64,000 nucleotides of DNA from positions 13,206,001-13,270,000 of the forward strand of contig JAQFVV010000002.1 in NCBI GenBank assembly GCA_028023455.1, read 5' to 3'. Positions 52,099 to 64,000 of the stretch are shown one piece after another. A program made the position numbers and the translations under genes. The DNA is from Epiperipatus broadwayi. Lineage: Eukaryota; Animalia; Onychophora. Below the pieces are notes generated by a model, which worked only from the letters and a program-made list of their open reading frames with translations, did no database searches and was not told the origin of the DNA. The first letter of the stretch is position 1. Each line of letters starts with the position of its first letter.

Positions 52099-52680
52099 AA
52101 TAAAATTTTAATTTTTACAATTATTAATAAACAAATTACTTTATAATTTATTTACACACATGACTTTTTATAACTTTAAATACATAATAAAAAATGCACA
52201 TGTATTTAACAAAAAGTCGTGCATGTAAACTCAGTCATGGCAGTTACATTTGCCTCTCCTCCATTTAAGAATGACATAGAGTTGATATGGCATAAACATC
52301 ACTCAATTTTATTTCTACTCTAAACATTTTTCTTTTATTCATAAACTAATGTCATTAGCCACGCCTCTTTAAAACTGGTCTTACAAACTAATATGAATAT
52401 AACAAACAATGACATCCCTGGTCTAGTTAACCTTTACTAATTTTTTCACTTGGAATACATATGGATTTGACCATCTATTTGCAATGCCAAGATAGACAAA
52501 GAAATGTCCCACTGATAATGAGTATATCATGTAACATGAACACCAACAGTGCTATCCCAAGCACAAATATAATATCAATTAAACCACATATAAATGAACA
52601 CCAATATGTTTAATGAAAGCCTTGCTCCACTATGAGACATAGATGCTAATGCACAGTGCAATGTAAGAATTATCCCTATC

Positions 52681-52805
52681 TCACTCTTGAGACTTAGAGA
52701 CTGACAAATATAAAAATTATGCCTGGCTCACTTTTGAGATTTAGAGGCTGGCAAATATATAAATATGTTTGAATCACTTTTGAGACTTAGAGGCTGACAA
52801 ATGGT
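52681..52805 (+). repeat. Tandem repeat, about 47-bp unit, about 2.6 copies
   Basis: TCACTYTTGAGAYTTAGAGRCTGRCAAAT occurs three times. Confidence 0.85.
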
Positions 52806-52968
52806 GCTGAAAGAAGAACTCTGAAGTATCATGAAAATATGCCAATCTCAAAACAATGAAAAACTCTCCATTCATCATCAATACAGAAAGAAACATGATC
52901 AACTATCAATAAATCCATGAAATTGATTTTATTTTTAAATTAGATAGTGTTTTACTTAAGACTGTTAT

Positions 52969-53651
52969 TCTAGCTCGTGTGCGTGTGTGGCACAACTGTT
53001 CCCAAAAGCTATAAAGTGTTAATATAAAATAGATAACTAAAAACAAATGAGCTGAGCACTTTCAAAGGATCTTGCTTTTGCTACATTTAATGATATGCAA
53101 ATATGCTAATTCCATTTCTTCGATAAAGCATAGCACTTCTCCTTCCTATTTATGGCATCCTTGTCTCGTGAGATGAAGAAGGCCTCTTTGATTTTTCTTT
53201 TAAGGTCATGTCTCTCTACACATAATTGTGGAATTGTCTGGAATGCACTCGTGGTGACTTGTTCTCTGGTGCTGATAGAAAACTGAATAGGTGGAAGGAT
53301 CATTGAGAGCTCTCTTGTATGAATATTTATGTTGTGCTAATCATGTGGACAAAGAAACATGACCTTAAAAGAAAAATCAAAGAGGCCTTCTTCATCTCAC
53401 GAGACAAGGATGCCATAAATAGAAAGGACACGTGCTATGCTTTATCGAAGAAATGGAATTAGCATATTTGTATATCATTAAACATAGTAGCAAGCTATGA
53501 TTATGAAGGCAAGATCCTTTGAAAGTGTTCAGCTCATTTGTTTTTAGTTATCTATTTTATATTAACACTTTATAGCTTTTGGGAACAGTTGCGCCACACA
53601 CGCACATGTGCTAGAATATATATATTTCCCAAAAGTAAAAAATTATTTGAT
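52969..53651. mobile_element. Penelope-like element 3' end as a head-to-head palindrome with GIY-YIG C-terminal relic
   Basis: About 260-bp arms. ORF 53106-53303 (-) LCVERHDLKRKIKEAFFISRDKDAINRKEKCYALSKKWN resembles the PLE endonuclease tail (RKIKEA.YI.....LNR.G). Hammerhead-like GAAAGTGCTC follows. TSD TTAAGACTGTTAT at 52956-52968 / 53652-53664. Confidence 0.75.
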
Positions 53652-55007
53652 TTAAGACTGTTATGATCTCTTAGTCAACTATTGTTTTTAGCATTTGAGC
53701 AGGACAATTAATTTTCAAAATTAATCATTTCTTTGCTGATCAGTAGTATATACTTTTATAATCTGTATTTCCTAATTATTTGACAATTTTCTTATATCAT
53801 GTACCTATGAACAAGTTTAGTCGTCAATTTAGAGGCCACCATCATTTATAGAAGGATTAAACTTTGCCTCACTCTAAATATTTTTTTAATATGCAGGGTC
53901 TCATTTGAAATGACCTGAAATAACTTTTATTACTATGTAAAAACTCTGATTCATTTACAGAAAAAAATCAATTTTCAATTTTTTTGTTTCTAGTTTTACT
54001 TTTTACTTTTATTCTCATATAATGAATTTTTTTAACTTACTTTCTTAGATAATCTACCTTAGCTTAATTACTTGCCTTAATTCTGGGTTTCTCTTGTCTA
54101 GTTTTCTAATTTTTAATCTTGGGTGGTTTCCTGGTACTTCTTTTATACATCCTACCAAGCAAAATTATATTTAATTCTATTAAAATTATTTTCTTGATGA
54201 TCTATTTCTTTTATACTTAAGTAATCTAATTCATTTTCCCAATTAGTCATTTGTTCACATTTGCTTTTATTTCTGTTATTTGTATTGATAAATTATAACA
54301 CTGCCATCAATGTCAAAGGCTTTTCTACCAACTCTAAACTTATTTATACTGTCAATTTTTAACAATAAAATTATAAGCACTCTTCCATTTATCACTAATT
54401 TTATGTGTTTATATATCTAAGACATATTATCTACCTCTTATGTTTCTAAAATTATATCACAATTAGTTTTAACTATTTGCTCATCTACCACAACATTTTC
54501 TTTATTATTTTTTTTGATCTCTTTTATCAACTGGGTTCTATCATCTTTTACTTCTGTAAACAAATCTTTCATTTGTTCTATCAGTTCTTCATTCTGTTAT
54601 TCTGATTCTCACTTTGGCTTTTTTAAAAATTTCTGTTAATATGTTCCTAATCATATTCATAAATTCTCTCATAGAGACCTTAGTGTCATTTCCTTAAGCT
54701 TCCATTTTTGCTTTAGCTCGAGTAATCATATATAGTAATTTATACTAAAATTAGCTGCTAACTTTTCTATAACAATTTTAAAACATATATATAACAATTC
54801 TAATATTTTTCATCTTTTATTTATTTGACAACTAGAATGCTCCCTCTTTTTTCTACCATGTAGCCTTTCTATCACTGCACTGTATTTTACTTTTAATGCC
54901 TTATTTTATTTGCCTACTACTATTTCTACCAACCCATTTCTATTACCACCACTATTTAAAGACATCTATGAGTTTATTGGTTGATTTTTTTTACAACAAA
55001 ATAAATT

Positions 55008-55633
55008 AGAATGGATTTGAACTCAGGCTATCAAGTTCACTACATCTATACACTCCAACTTATATAATCAATACACATTACCACATACATGTAAAAAAGA
55101 TAAATGATCTCCAAAATTCATATTTTGTGCTGAATCAGCACTCATCAGTTGGTCCAGATCATTGTCTCCCACACACATATATAAACAGTGCTCAGTTTAT
55201 ATTAAGAGATAGACTTCAATCTTTTTCACTCTCCAACTCTTCATACATCCATATGTTGGGTATGACAATAATATTGGCATCAACAAGGATTTTGAGCATT
55301 CCATCATCAGATTTTCAATGATATTGATGGCTGAGGAGTTGGAGGATGAAGACGATTGAAGCCTATCCATTAAATTTTGAAGATTTGCTATCTTAATATA
55401 AACTGAGCACTGGTTATAGATATGTGTGGCAGATGATGATCTGGACCAACTGATGAGTTCTTATTCAGCACAAATTACACATATTGAAGGTCATTTATTT
55501 TTTTACATTGTGTGGTCATATGTATTTGTTGTATAAGATGGACTGGATAGATATAAAGAACTTGAAAGTCTGAGTTCAAATTCCTTCCAATTACATTAAG
55601 TTCAGTATATACATATACTTGTAGTTAAATATT
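55008..55633. mobile_element. Family B head-to-head palindromic insertion with 13-bp TSD
   Basis: Minus arm 55008-55250, plus arm 55255-55633; degenerate hammerheads at 55111-55153 (-) and 55445-55486 (+); AACAAAATAAATT at 54995-55007 and 55634-55646. Confidence 0.8.
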
Positions 55634-56270
55634 AACAAAATAAATTTATCATATTTCTCATCTAACCAAGTATTTATATTTCATATTTCAATGGCTAATT
55701 TATTTTTTTTCGGTTGCTAATAAAAAAAAATATTTAAAAACTAAACTGGATTTAATTCTTCTTTGTTTTGATTGAGATAATCCTGGACAAGGCCTTCAAA
55801 TGTAATAATAAATTGCCCTTTTAACATATGGTAATTGATCAAAATAACAAATAAATGACAATATTCACAACTTAAATTTATCTAGGAAAATTATAAATAT
55901 TTAATGGGCAATCATTTATATAGTGAATTGACTACACGAATTTTATTTTTAATTGACTAATTTATAGTAGTCACAGATAACAATCAAACTAGACACACGT
56001 TAAAAAAACAAGTCTTTATGCAGATTCAGCCATGTTTCCTGAGCGTTACCCATTCCACATTTATATTATTAAATGATAAAATAAATAATCTACTTAGGAT
56101 TCAGATGAGAAATAAATAAGCAACAAAAATTATTAACAATAATTTTAATTAACAAAGAGAATAAGAATAATATTAAAAAATTGTATTTACATCTAAGATT
56201 GTGTGAAGAGTACACATGATAGAAAATTTTTTTGCTGATTCATAATAATTTATAAAACAAAAGTTTATAA

Positions 56271-56547
56271 TAAAAAATAAAATATAAACAAAAAGCTTTG
56301 CTAATTGTCAAGCATTGATGGCCGAGTGGTCAGCACAGCTGCCGTACAAGCAGATATCCCGGGTTTGCGGGTTAGCTTTTCGGCCGTTGCTTTGATACAT
56401 GAAAAAAAGAGCTTTGCTAATTGCTCAACAAGCTTTGTGATAAATGTTTAGCTAGAAAAAACATTTCTGATAGAGATATTTAAAGTGCTTTCTCTGGCTA
56501 AGCATTTATCACAAAGCTTGTTGACCAATTAGCAAAGCTCTTTGTTT
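56271..56547. mobile_element. Fold-back insertion with 12-bp TSD; one arm interrupted by a SINE
   Basis: AAACAAAAAGCTTTGCTAATT[SINE]GCTCAACAAGCTTTGTGATAAATG mirrors CATTTATCACAAAGCTTGTTGACCAATTAGCAAAGCTCTTTGTTT; AAAAGTTTATAA at 56259-56270 / 56548-56559; empty site near 50705. Confidence 0.8.
56307..56409 (+). mobile_element. tRNA-derived SINE, copy 5
   Basis: TGGCCGAGTGG A-box, degenerate B-box, A-tail; TSD AGCTTTGCTAATT at 56294-56306 / 56410-56422. Confidence 0.85.
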
Positions 56548-58249
56548 AAAAGTTTATAAGTTCATTGAATTATTTCAGGATATCTCTGTGAGCTTGCATT
56601 TCATTAGACTGTGAATGTAGATATATGTCCATCAAATCATTATTTTATATGTCTGCAAACAATTTTCTAATATCTTAACTTTTCTTGGCTTATTTCAATA
56701 ATAGTTTAATCCATATAGTTTTTCTTGTTATTCAGAGCATTGAAATTACGTAGATTTATAAAATAATTTATAGAAGAATATTTCCATTTAATAATTCATT
56801 AAAAGACAAATTTTCTTATAGCAATTGTCGCATATTTTCAACTTTAAACAATAATTAATAATCCAGAGAAGTTAATTTGTAAGGCATTCCTTTGTTTACA
56901 GTTCTATAGTCAGTTATATTACTGGAATGATCAGGGTAAGGCATTCTGGAGGTTTCAAAAACTGCATTATCAACTTAAACAATCATTACAATCTTTATTG
57001 ACTCTCCCTCTTATAAGTGGCACAATGAAGAAGTAGCGATTCCCTTCTTTTGTGTAAAGCAGACAGTCCAAGAGTTTCCAATTGGTTCCCATAATAATGT
57101 TATTTTTAAACAGTTATCTTATTTTAAAATAAAAAATTGTAATAAAATTTTAATTTTTATAATTAATAAACAAATTACTTTATAATTTATTTACACACAT
57201 GACTTTTATATCTTAGAATACATAATAAAAAATGCACATATGTTTATTAAAAAGCCATGCATGTAAACTCAGTCATGAAGGTTACAATATATATATGCTC
57301 TCAATCTGTTTGTCTATTTTGAGATGTTTATTTAACTCTTTAATGCATTTGGGCTTATAAGGCTAGATGATATAAACTTGTGGTGGGGTTTTATCATTAT
57401 CCCCATCACAATCTTTTCTCCTCTCTTGAGTTGATAAAAAGTTGATAATAATTTTCATGATCCTATCCAATTCATTCAAGTAGGTGTCATGAATATTTTA
57501 ATAAAAATTAACAAATGATATGTGTACATATAAAATTTCATACAATTAAAAGTCAGTTAATTTATTCTGTAAAATTCAACCACTAGGCTACATTGAATCC
57601 AGTCATTAAATTACTATTACTGATTGACTAAGGAGCATAGTTGTCAGCATAAAGGCTATTACTAAATTAAGAATCTCAAAATAACCAACAATAAATCATA
57701 ATATGCATTCATATTCCCATAATAGATATAAATCATTGCTCATAGACAAGTTCAGAGACTTACAGAATAATTTAGCATCATTAAGGTAAATAATTTAACT
57801 ATTAAAAATTCTACACCATGTCAACCTTACTAGTTGTTACATGTATGTGAGATAAAAATTTAATCAAAAATGAGCCTTGCTCATTTTAAACTAAGTGGGT
57901 ATTAATTACAAATTAATAAAATCGGTGCAGTACTCACAATAGCTACACAGATTAGCTTAATTACATAAAGATTTCCAATTTTCCATCAAACCTCATTCAT
58001 TTTTAAAAGAAGTATGAAAGACCAGATTAAACACAATTGCAAACAGGGAAGCAAATCTATCAGCTTGATACCCATATCATAGATATAAAAAACTAAAAAT
58101 TCAGATAAAAATAATGTTGAAAATAATCTTGGTAGATATGGCAGAGGTGTGGATGCTAAATTACCTGCTAAAGAAAAATCTACATTTGATAAGAAAAAAG
58201 AAACTAAAGATTTAGATGAGAGCAATGATCCTAGTAGATATGGTACAGA

Positions 58250-58700
58250 AGTAGATTATAAATTATTAGCAAAATAACAAATATTTGTAGAAGCTCCAAA
58301 ACATGATGAAGTAGACAAATCCCATTTGTAGGAAATAGTAAAATTAGAGGGAAAAGATAATCATGGTAGTGACATGAATATGTAAATATGCTGGAGTATT
58401 GTTTAATGAGATCTCTGAAATCATTTGGAGAAAATACTGTGTGAAATGGAATGACAGAGAGGAGCTTATCAGATATGAAATCAGTAGAAATGAACATTAT
58501 TCCTATACCTTATATAGTTATGGAGAAAAATAATTTGGGGAGTGATGTGCAGGATTATATTACCCAAGAAGGAAATAGAAAGTAATGTAAAAGTCATCAA
58601 GAAAAAATGTGAAGGTAGACTTTATGATTCATCATACAGAAAATCTCAACTGTAAAGAAAAATGATCAAGTTAGATAATATAAGTCTGCTGCCAGATGAT
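58250..58700 (+). mobile_element. Possible decayed CR1/L2-type ORF1 (SGNH esterase-like)
   Basis: Fragments FVGNSKIRGKD, ICKYAG and NLGSD resemble esterase motifs (IGDS.IRG, C.PGA, HVGTND); many stops. Confidence 0.3.
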
Positions 58701-61700
58701 GCAAAATGCTTGGTAAAGCAGAGCATACAGATTTAGCTAAAAGTAAAGATTCCCAGAATAAGGCAGGCAATAAAACTGTTTAAACTTAGAATTAGATGAG
58801 CAATAGACAAAATTGTTAGGACCCATGGTAAAAAAATCAGTATTATACAGATTATAGAAATAGTAAAAAACCATGAAATACACCAAGAATAAATCCTGTA
58901 AAATGAGTTTTCCAAATAAAGGTTGGATGGATCACACTGGTCTACCAAAACCAATAAAACATCTAAGCCTAAAGTCTAAAAAAATTGCAAGACATGGGGG
59001 GAAAAGTTACTAAAGATATTGCCCAACCATCCAAAAGAGAGAATAAATCATAGTTCTTATAAATTTAGTCTGAAATGATAAAATGTTGGAGGCTTTTTTG
59101 ATGGAGACCAGAGAAGAGAACTGAAAATGAACACTATTATATTAAAGTAAAATGATAATAAAACATGTAGATCCATTAGTTATTTTTATTATATCTAAAG
59201 TAAAAGTATAGTGGAATTTTATATATAAAATTCCTCAACATTTTGTAATGCTGTCACATGTCAAATTCACAACCAATTAACAAAAAATATTATATTTGTC
59301 CATAATGCTGTCAAATTCACAATTGAAAAATAAAAAGTGTAATGCTTTTATAAATAAATAACTATACTTAACTAAAATGTAATTTATATTAATATTATGA
59401 GTACTTTATGCAAAAGAAGTAATTCCACTCTTTATATTTAATAATCTGTCATTTTTATTATGAAGCATTTTATGTGAAGGAAGTAATTTCACCATTAATA
59501 TAAAAAAATTTATAAAACAGTTGTTCATTATACTGTCAAATTCACATATCAAATATAACAGACATATTTTAAAATATAAATTTTAATTTAGCTTTATTAA
59601 TATCTTGCCAGGTATATTTCTGAAGTGCACCAAACAGGTCAGGTTATTCCAAACATTTTTTTTCAATTGCAAATTTCTCACATTTATTTATATAACATTA
59701 AAATTTTTTGTTTAATTTGCATTGAATCTTTAAAAAAAGTGTTAAAGCAACCAATTAAAAAACACCACCATTTAAAGGGCCAGATACATCTGATATGAAA
59801 ATAAGTGACTCATTTTGTTTATTAAATTAAAATGTAAATGTTTTTTTTTAGGAAAGTATAAATCAGATTTTAATAGTAATTTTTTTTTATTCCAACAGGG
59901 GTAATTTGAAATGAAAATGTTCATTTTAAATAATTTGCAGAAGGTTAATTTAAGTTTAAAATGTTAAAATGCGTATTAGTATAATAGTATATCCCAGAAT
60001 TTGCAAATTTTTAATATGAAGAGTCATTACCCCTCCCCAAGAGCCACAAGGAAAGGAGTAAAAAATAAATTCTTAAAAATATGAATCTTTCTGAATGGCT
60101 GTGGATATATTTGAATGCTAATTTTAGTAATTGAACATAATAGAATTTTTACACATCAGAACAATAAAAATTTTCATAAAAATAAACAAACAAAACAAAA
60201 AATATATAAAGTGTAATTTTCCTCTCCTAAGTCATCAAAATATTTATTTACTAACTATAAAAGAAAATAAAAATTTTGTTTGTTTAAAAAAGGCAGGTGT
60301 GGAATCAAAGAGCTTCATATGGCTCACAAGTAAGAGTTTGTTATCCCCTGGTGTAACTACTTAAATATAACATGTTAGGCTATATTCAAATTGAGCATAG
60401 ATATACACACATATATTACAGATAATTTCATTTAGGATTGAGTAAAAATGGTTTCAAGATTTAAAAAATTGCTTTTATTTTTATAATATGGGAAATAAGT
60501 TTTCTTTTTTTTTTTATGTAGAAGTTTAATCCTTTATTAAGATAAAAATATTTTAATTTTAAAAATTTAATTCACAAATTCCAAATACAAAAAAAAGCAA
60601 AAAAAAAACCCACATTTCTCAGAATGTATTAGATTAAGGGTTTTACACAAATTGTAAATCAGAGGTAAAATGTTTATCAAAATTATGACCCATTATCTTT
60701 CATCTGTAATTACATTTTGTTATTCATCTTATTTCTTTATTAAAAATTTTAGTACGTTTTAAAAATAGAAAATTCCTATAATAACTTTTTTGTGTAATTA
60801 TGAGATAATTCTCTAAAAGACATATTTAATACAAAGTGTGCTACAGAAGTCATTTTTTCTTTTCTTTTATGATTCTTGTGCTTGTCGTGCTGATCATTAA
60901 TGTAGAAGTTACCTTAATGTGTGTTGACAGAAACTTCCTCGGGCACTGAGCTTTCTATGCATTGTTAATTTGCACCTAGAACCTTCTTCGTGGTGTACAT
61001 AACCAGCTTCACTTGAATGGTCAGTGGCTTTGAATTACCTAAAATTAAATCAATCACATATCAACTATATAAAAACTTTCAACTAATAACAATCCGCAAT
61101 GTATATTTCAAATATGGGTGGAAAACATATGATAAAATAAAAAGTTCACGTGTGGAAAACTGATTGTGACTAAATGTTTAAACTCAACTGAGAAAAACAC
61201 ACATTCCTGCAATGCCAAATTAAACCTTGAATTTAATATAGACCATATATGAAAAAAAGAAATGTTCCTATTATCACCACTGGATTTTGCTGACAACTGC
61301 ATAAAGATTAAACAGGTAATTTTATCAGAGTCATTGTAATTTAGAAACATTTTAGGAACTTTGTTTAAATTTTAAAATGAACTTTTATTATGAACTAAAG
61401 ACACATTATTTATTTTGCCATGTTTCTTAGTTAACATTTTTTATCACTATTCATTTTGAATTAACAATTATGGTGTAAGCTATATTTAATAATTTAAATT
61501 GTATTGTATTATGTTCGTTTTAAGAGTTTGAAAAGGTGTTGCAAAAACTAAACTCTACAGCTAATTGTTTGTTTTCAAACATTTAATACACATCAATAGT
61601 TTGGCTCACAGAAATGGCCACCCTAATATTTAGCTATTAGAATTTAAAAGATAGTCTTATTTATGGAAAATAAGATAAGGTATACATTAGAATGTTTATA

Positions 61701-64000
61701 TCAATGAGAGTTATTGTTCAGAATTAATATTTATGAATACTATTGGATTTTAAATATTTTATTAGAACTAATATTTAAAAGGTGAAAAAGAAAGTTAGGG
61801 AATTTATTGGCAGCATCTTGAATCTAATGCTGGAAAGTGTCTTTGCTTTAAAGTAGGCTTGAACTTGTTGATTAAGAGTTTGATTATATGTAGTTACTAA
61901 AGTATTTTCAAAATTTTATACGCCTTAAGTTTTCAAGCATGTCTGTAGTTTACTGACGATTGACATGACAATTTTTTAGATTTTGAATTAGTAATTATTT
62001 GTTCTATTATATTTTTATATGTATTTCAAATATTTCTGAAATAGATATATGGTTATTTATTGATTTGTACAATGACGATCATCTAACATCTGACATGTAA
62101 AGTTCTAAAGCAACACATGTGCCTGCACATACTGGACTTGGCTTTAACATGCATAACCAATTGATTAATGAATAAAATACTGATATTATTGATTTACTAC
62201 TGAAATCTGTTCATTGATGATATTCAGAAAAATATTGAAAAATGTTATATAAGGTTTCAGAGTTATGATCCTTTGATGTCATTTTATACTGTAAATAGAC
62301 TGAATAGATTTTACATTATTCAAGTTACTTATAAAATACAATAGCTAAAAATATTTTTAATATATGTTATAACATTGCCTTAATGAGTTTATAAATGTCT
62401 GTTATGTGTTTATTCTGTAATGCCTCTTTTATTAATCATTGTTGTTATGGTACCATCATATGCTATGGCCAACTAAATATTCCATGAAATCTCTAATTTA
62501 ACATGATCTAGTGGACATATATAAAATTATTAGTAATGATTGAGGGTTTTGTAGAGATCTATGGGTCATTGGATGATTTCACTAATAAATTGTAGCCTTC
62601 TTATACAAATATCAGCAGCTAAAACACACCATGAGGACTGATGCCTTAATCCAAGAAATGCATGATGATAAATCTAGTGTCATCCTCTGATAATGGATGT
62701 TGGACACACCTGCAGAAATCATTTTACTGTCATATATATAACACAAATGCTTTTCTATGTATAAACATATGACTCTATCACAAAAATAAAATTAATGCAA
62801 GGAATATTAATTCCAAAAATATGAAGAAATAAAAAATGTTTTTGACAAATTAAATAAGTATCCAAACTCAAAATAGTCTATTGAACATGAGGTTAATGAA
62901 AATATTAACTATCTAGATTTACAAATAAGTTATAATAATATGTTGGACTATAGGATGCAAATTATGTCTATTAATGTTACAGACTATATCAATCCTAAAT
63001 ATTGTATTGTATCCAGGATATAAATACATAGGTCTCAAAGCCTTTTTGCATCAGAACTAAAATTTGTGTAAATTTGAGTTGGATAAAGAAGATAATATTC
63101 TTAAATACATGTCTATGTACAGGGGTGAGTTACAGTAAACATGCTTTATTTAAATATGTTAGGCATTTTAATAATAAAATTTATGGATTTTAATCCTTGG
63201 ATGACTCTTCCTTAAATACCTTCTATATTGGAATATATGAAAAAACTGTGTTAAAGACTATAACATATGTTTTCAGTTACCTGCTATATTATAATAATTA
63301 ACAATGGTAAGAATAATTGATCCTAAGGAATATCCTTGTATTATTTATTTTATTACTGCCAGGAACATAATTGCCTTTATGTTTAATATAGTGAATCCAA
63401 AGCAAACATTAATATAAGGATTAAACAGCATGTTTATAGTTAGAATAAAGCTGAATTGAATTTTTTGATGTCATCAGTGATTTTAGAGCATGGGTGTTTA
63501 TTTGATCATGTTTTCAATCCTAGTGAAATAAAAATGGTTGTAGTGAATACAATGAATGGAAATGTAAAATTAAAGAGGCTAATATATTTCCAATGGTAAC
63601 TTTGTAATAAATAGAAAGTCTAATAGTGTTCACTTGAGTACTGTTTGTAATATTTTGCAATTATACTGATGGCTTCATGTTGAGGCTTGATGTGTGTAAT
63701 AGTTTTTTTAATGTTGTTTTTTGTCTTTGACAAGAGTGTTCAGCACTGAAACATATTTAGGTTATATTGCTATTAACTATTTATTTCTGTATTTTTGGAA
63801 TGAATATTTCTTGTGTTTAAATTAAGATTATAATATAAACACAATTTTAAGAATATAATTATTAATAATAAATTGAAAGAGCATATTTATATTTATTGTG
63901 TGTGTTCACTCATTCACATTTATTTAAAAATAATAACAAACTTACTGTACCATATCTTTATTTTTAAATAAAATAAATAGTGAAGTGTCAGATTTTCATC

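Larger units (their letters stand above)
50255..52230 (+). repeat. Diverged duplicated segment, copy 1 (paralog at about 55810-57290)
   Basis: Collinear similarity over about 1.3 kb once insertions are removed (e.g. TTAAATGATAAAATAAATAATCTA, CATGTAAACTCAGTCATG shared). Confidence 0.85.
55810..57290 (+). repeat. Diverged duplicated segment, copy 2
   Basis: Paralog of 50255-52230; lacks the MITE and RTE, carries the 56271-56547 insertion. Confidence 0.85.

Noticed and set aside
54100-54960. A-rich minus strand with coiled-coil-like peptide (possible gag/ORF1 relic)
   Set aside because: No diagnostic motif; compositional bias could explain it.
60912-61045. Possible minus-strand exon (MHRKLSARGSFCQHTL with GTAACT donor)
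   Set aside because: Plausible splice signals, but no linked exon or homology support.
62630-62690. CTGATGC..GAAATGCATG hammerhead-like relic
   Set aside because: Core mismatch, poor stem II and G at the cleavage position.

Overview
AT-rich, strongly CpG-depleted eukaryotic DNA, probably from an invertebrate (arthropod-like); the taxon cannot be fixed from the sequence. The only clearly intact coding piece is the last exon of a CYP4-family cytochrome P450 (669-838). The rest is mostly repeats: RTE LINE fragments, a 2.2-kb Tigger/pogo transposon, five tRNA-derived SINEs, hAT-like and Merlin-like MITEs, and decayed coding fragments. The main unexplained signal is about 25 minimal type I hammerhead-ribozyme motifs (a few intact, most degenerate) from about five sequence families. 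Most lie in short non-coding elements of Penelope-like (PLE)/retrozyme type. These elements repeatedly insert as head-to-head palindromes (both 3' ends outward) flanked by 12-23 bp target-site duplications (TSDs). In two cases the fold-back junction lies in hammerhead stem II. One palindrome carries a PLE GIY-YIG C-terminal relic. A MITE family carrying CTCF-like motifs is a second notable feature. All motif calls were made by eye; no database search or folding was run.
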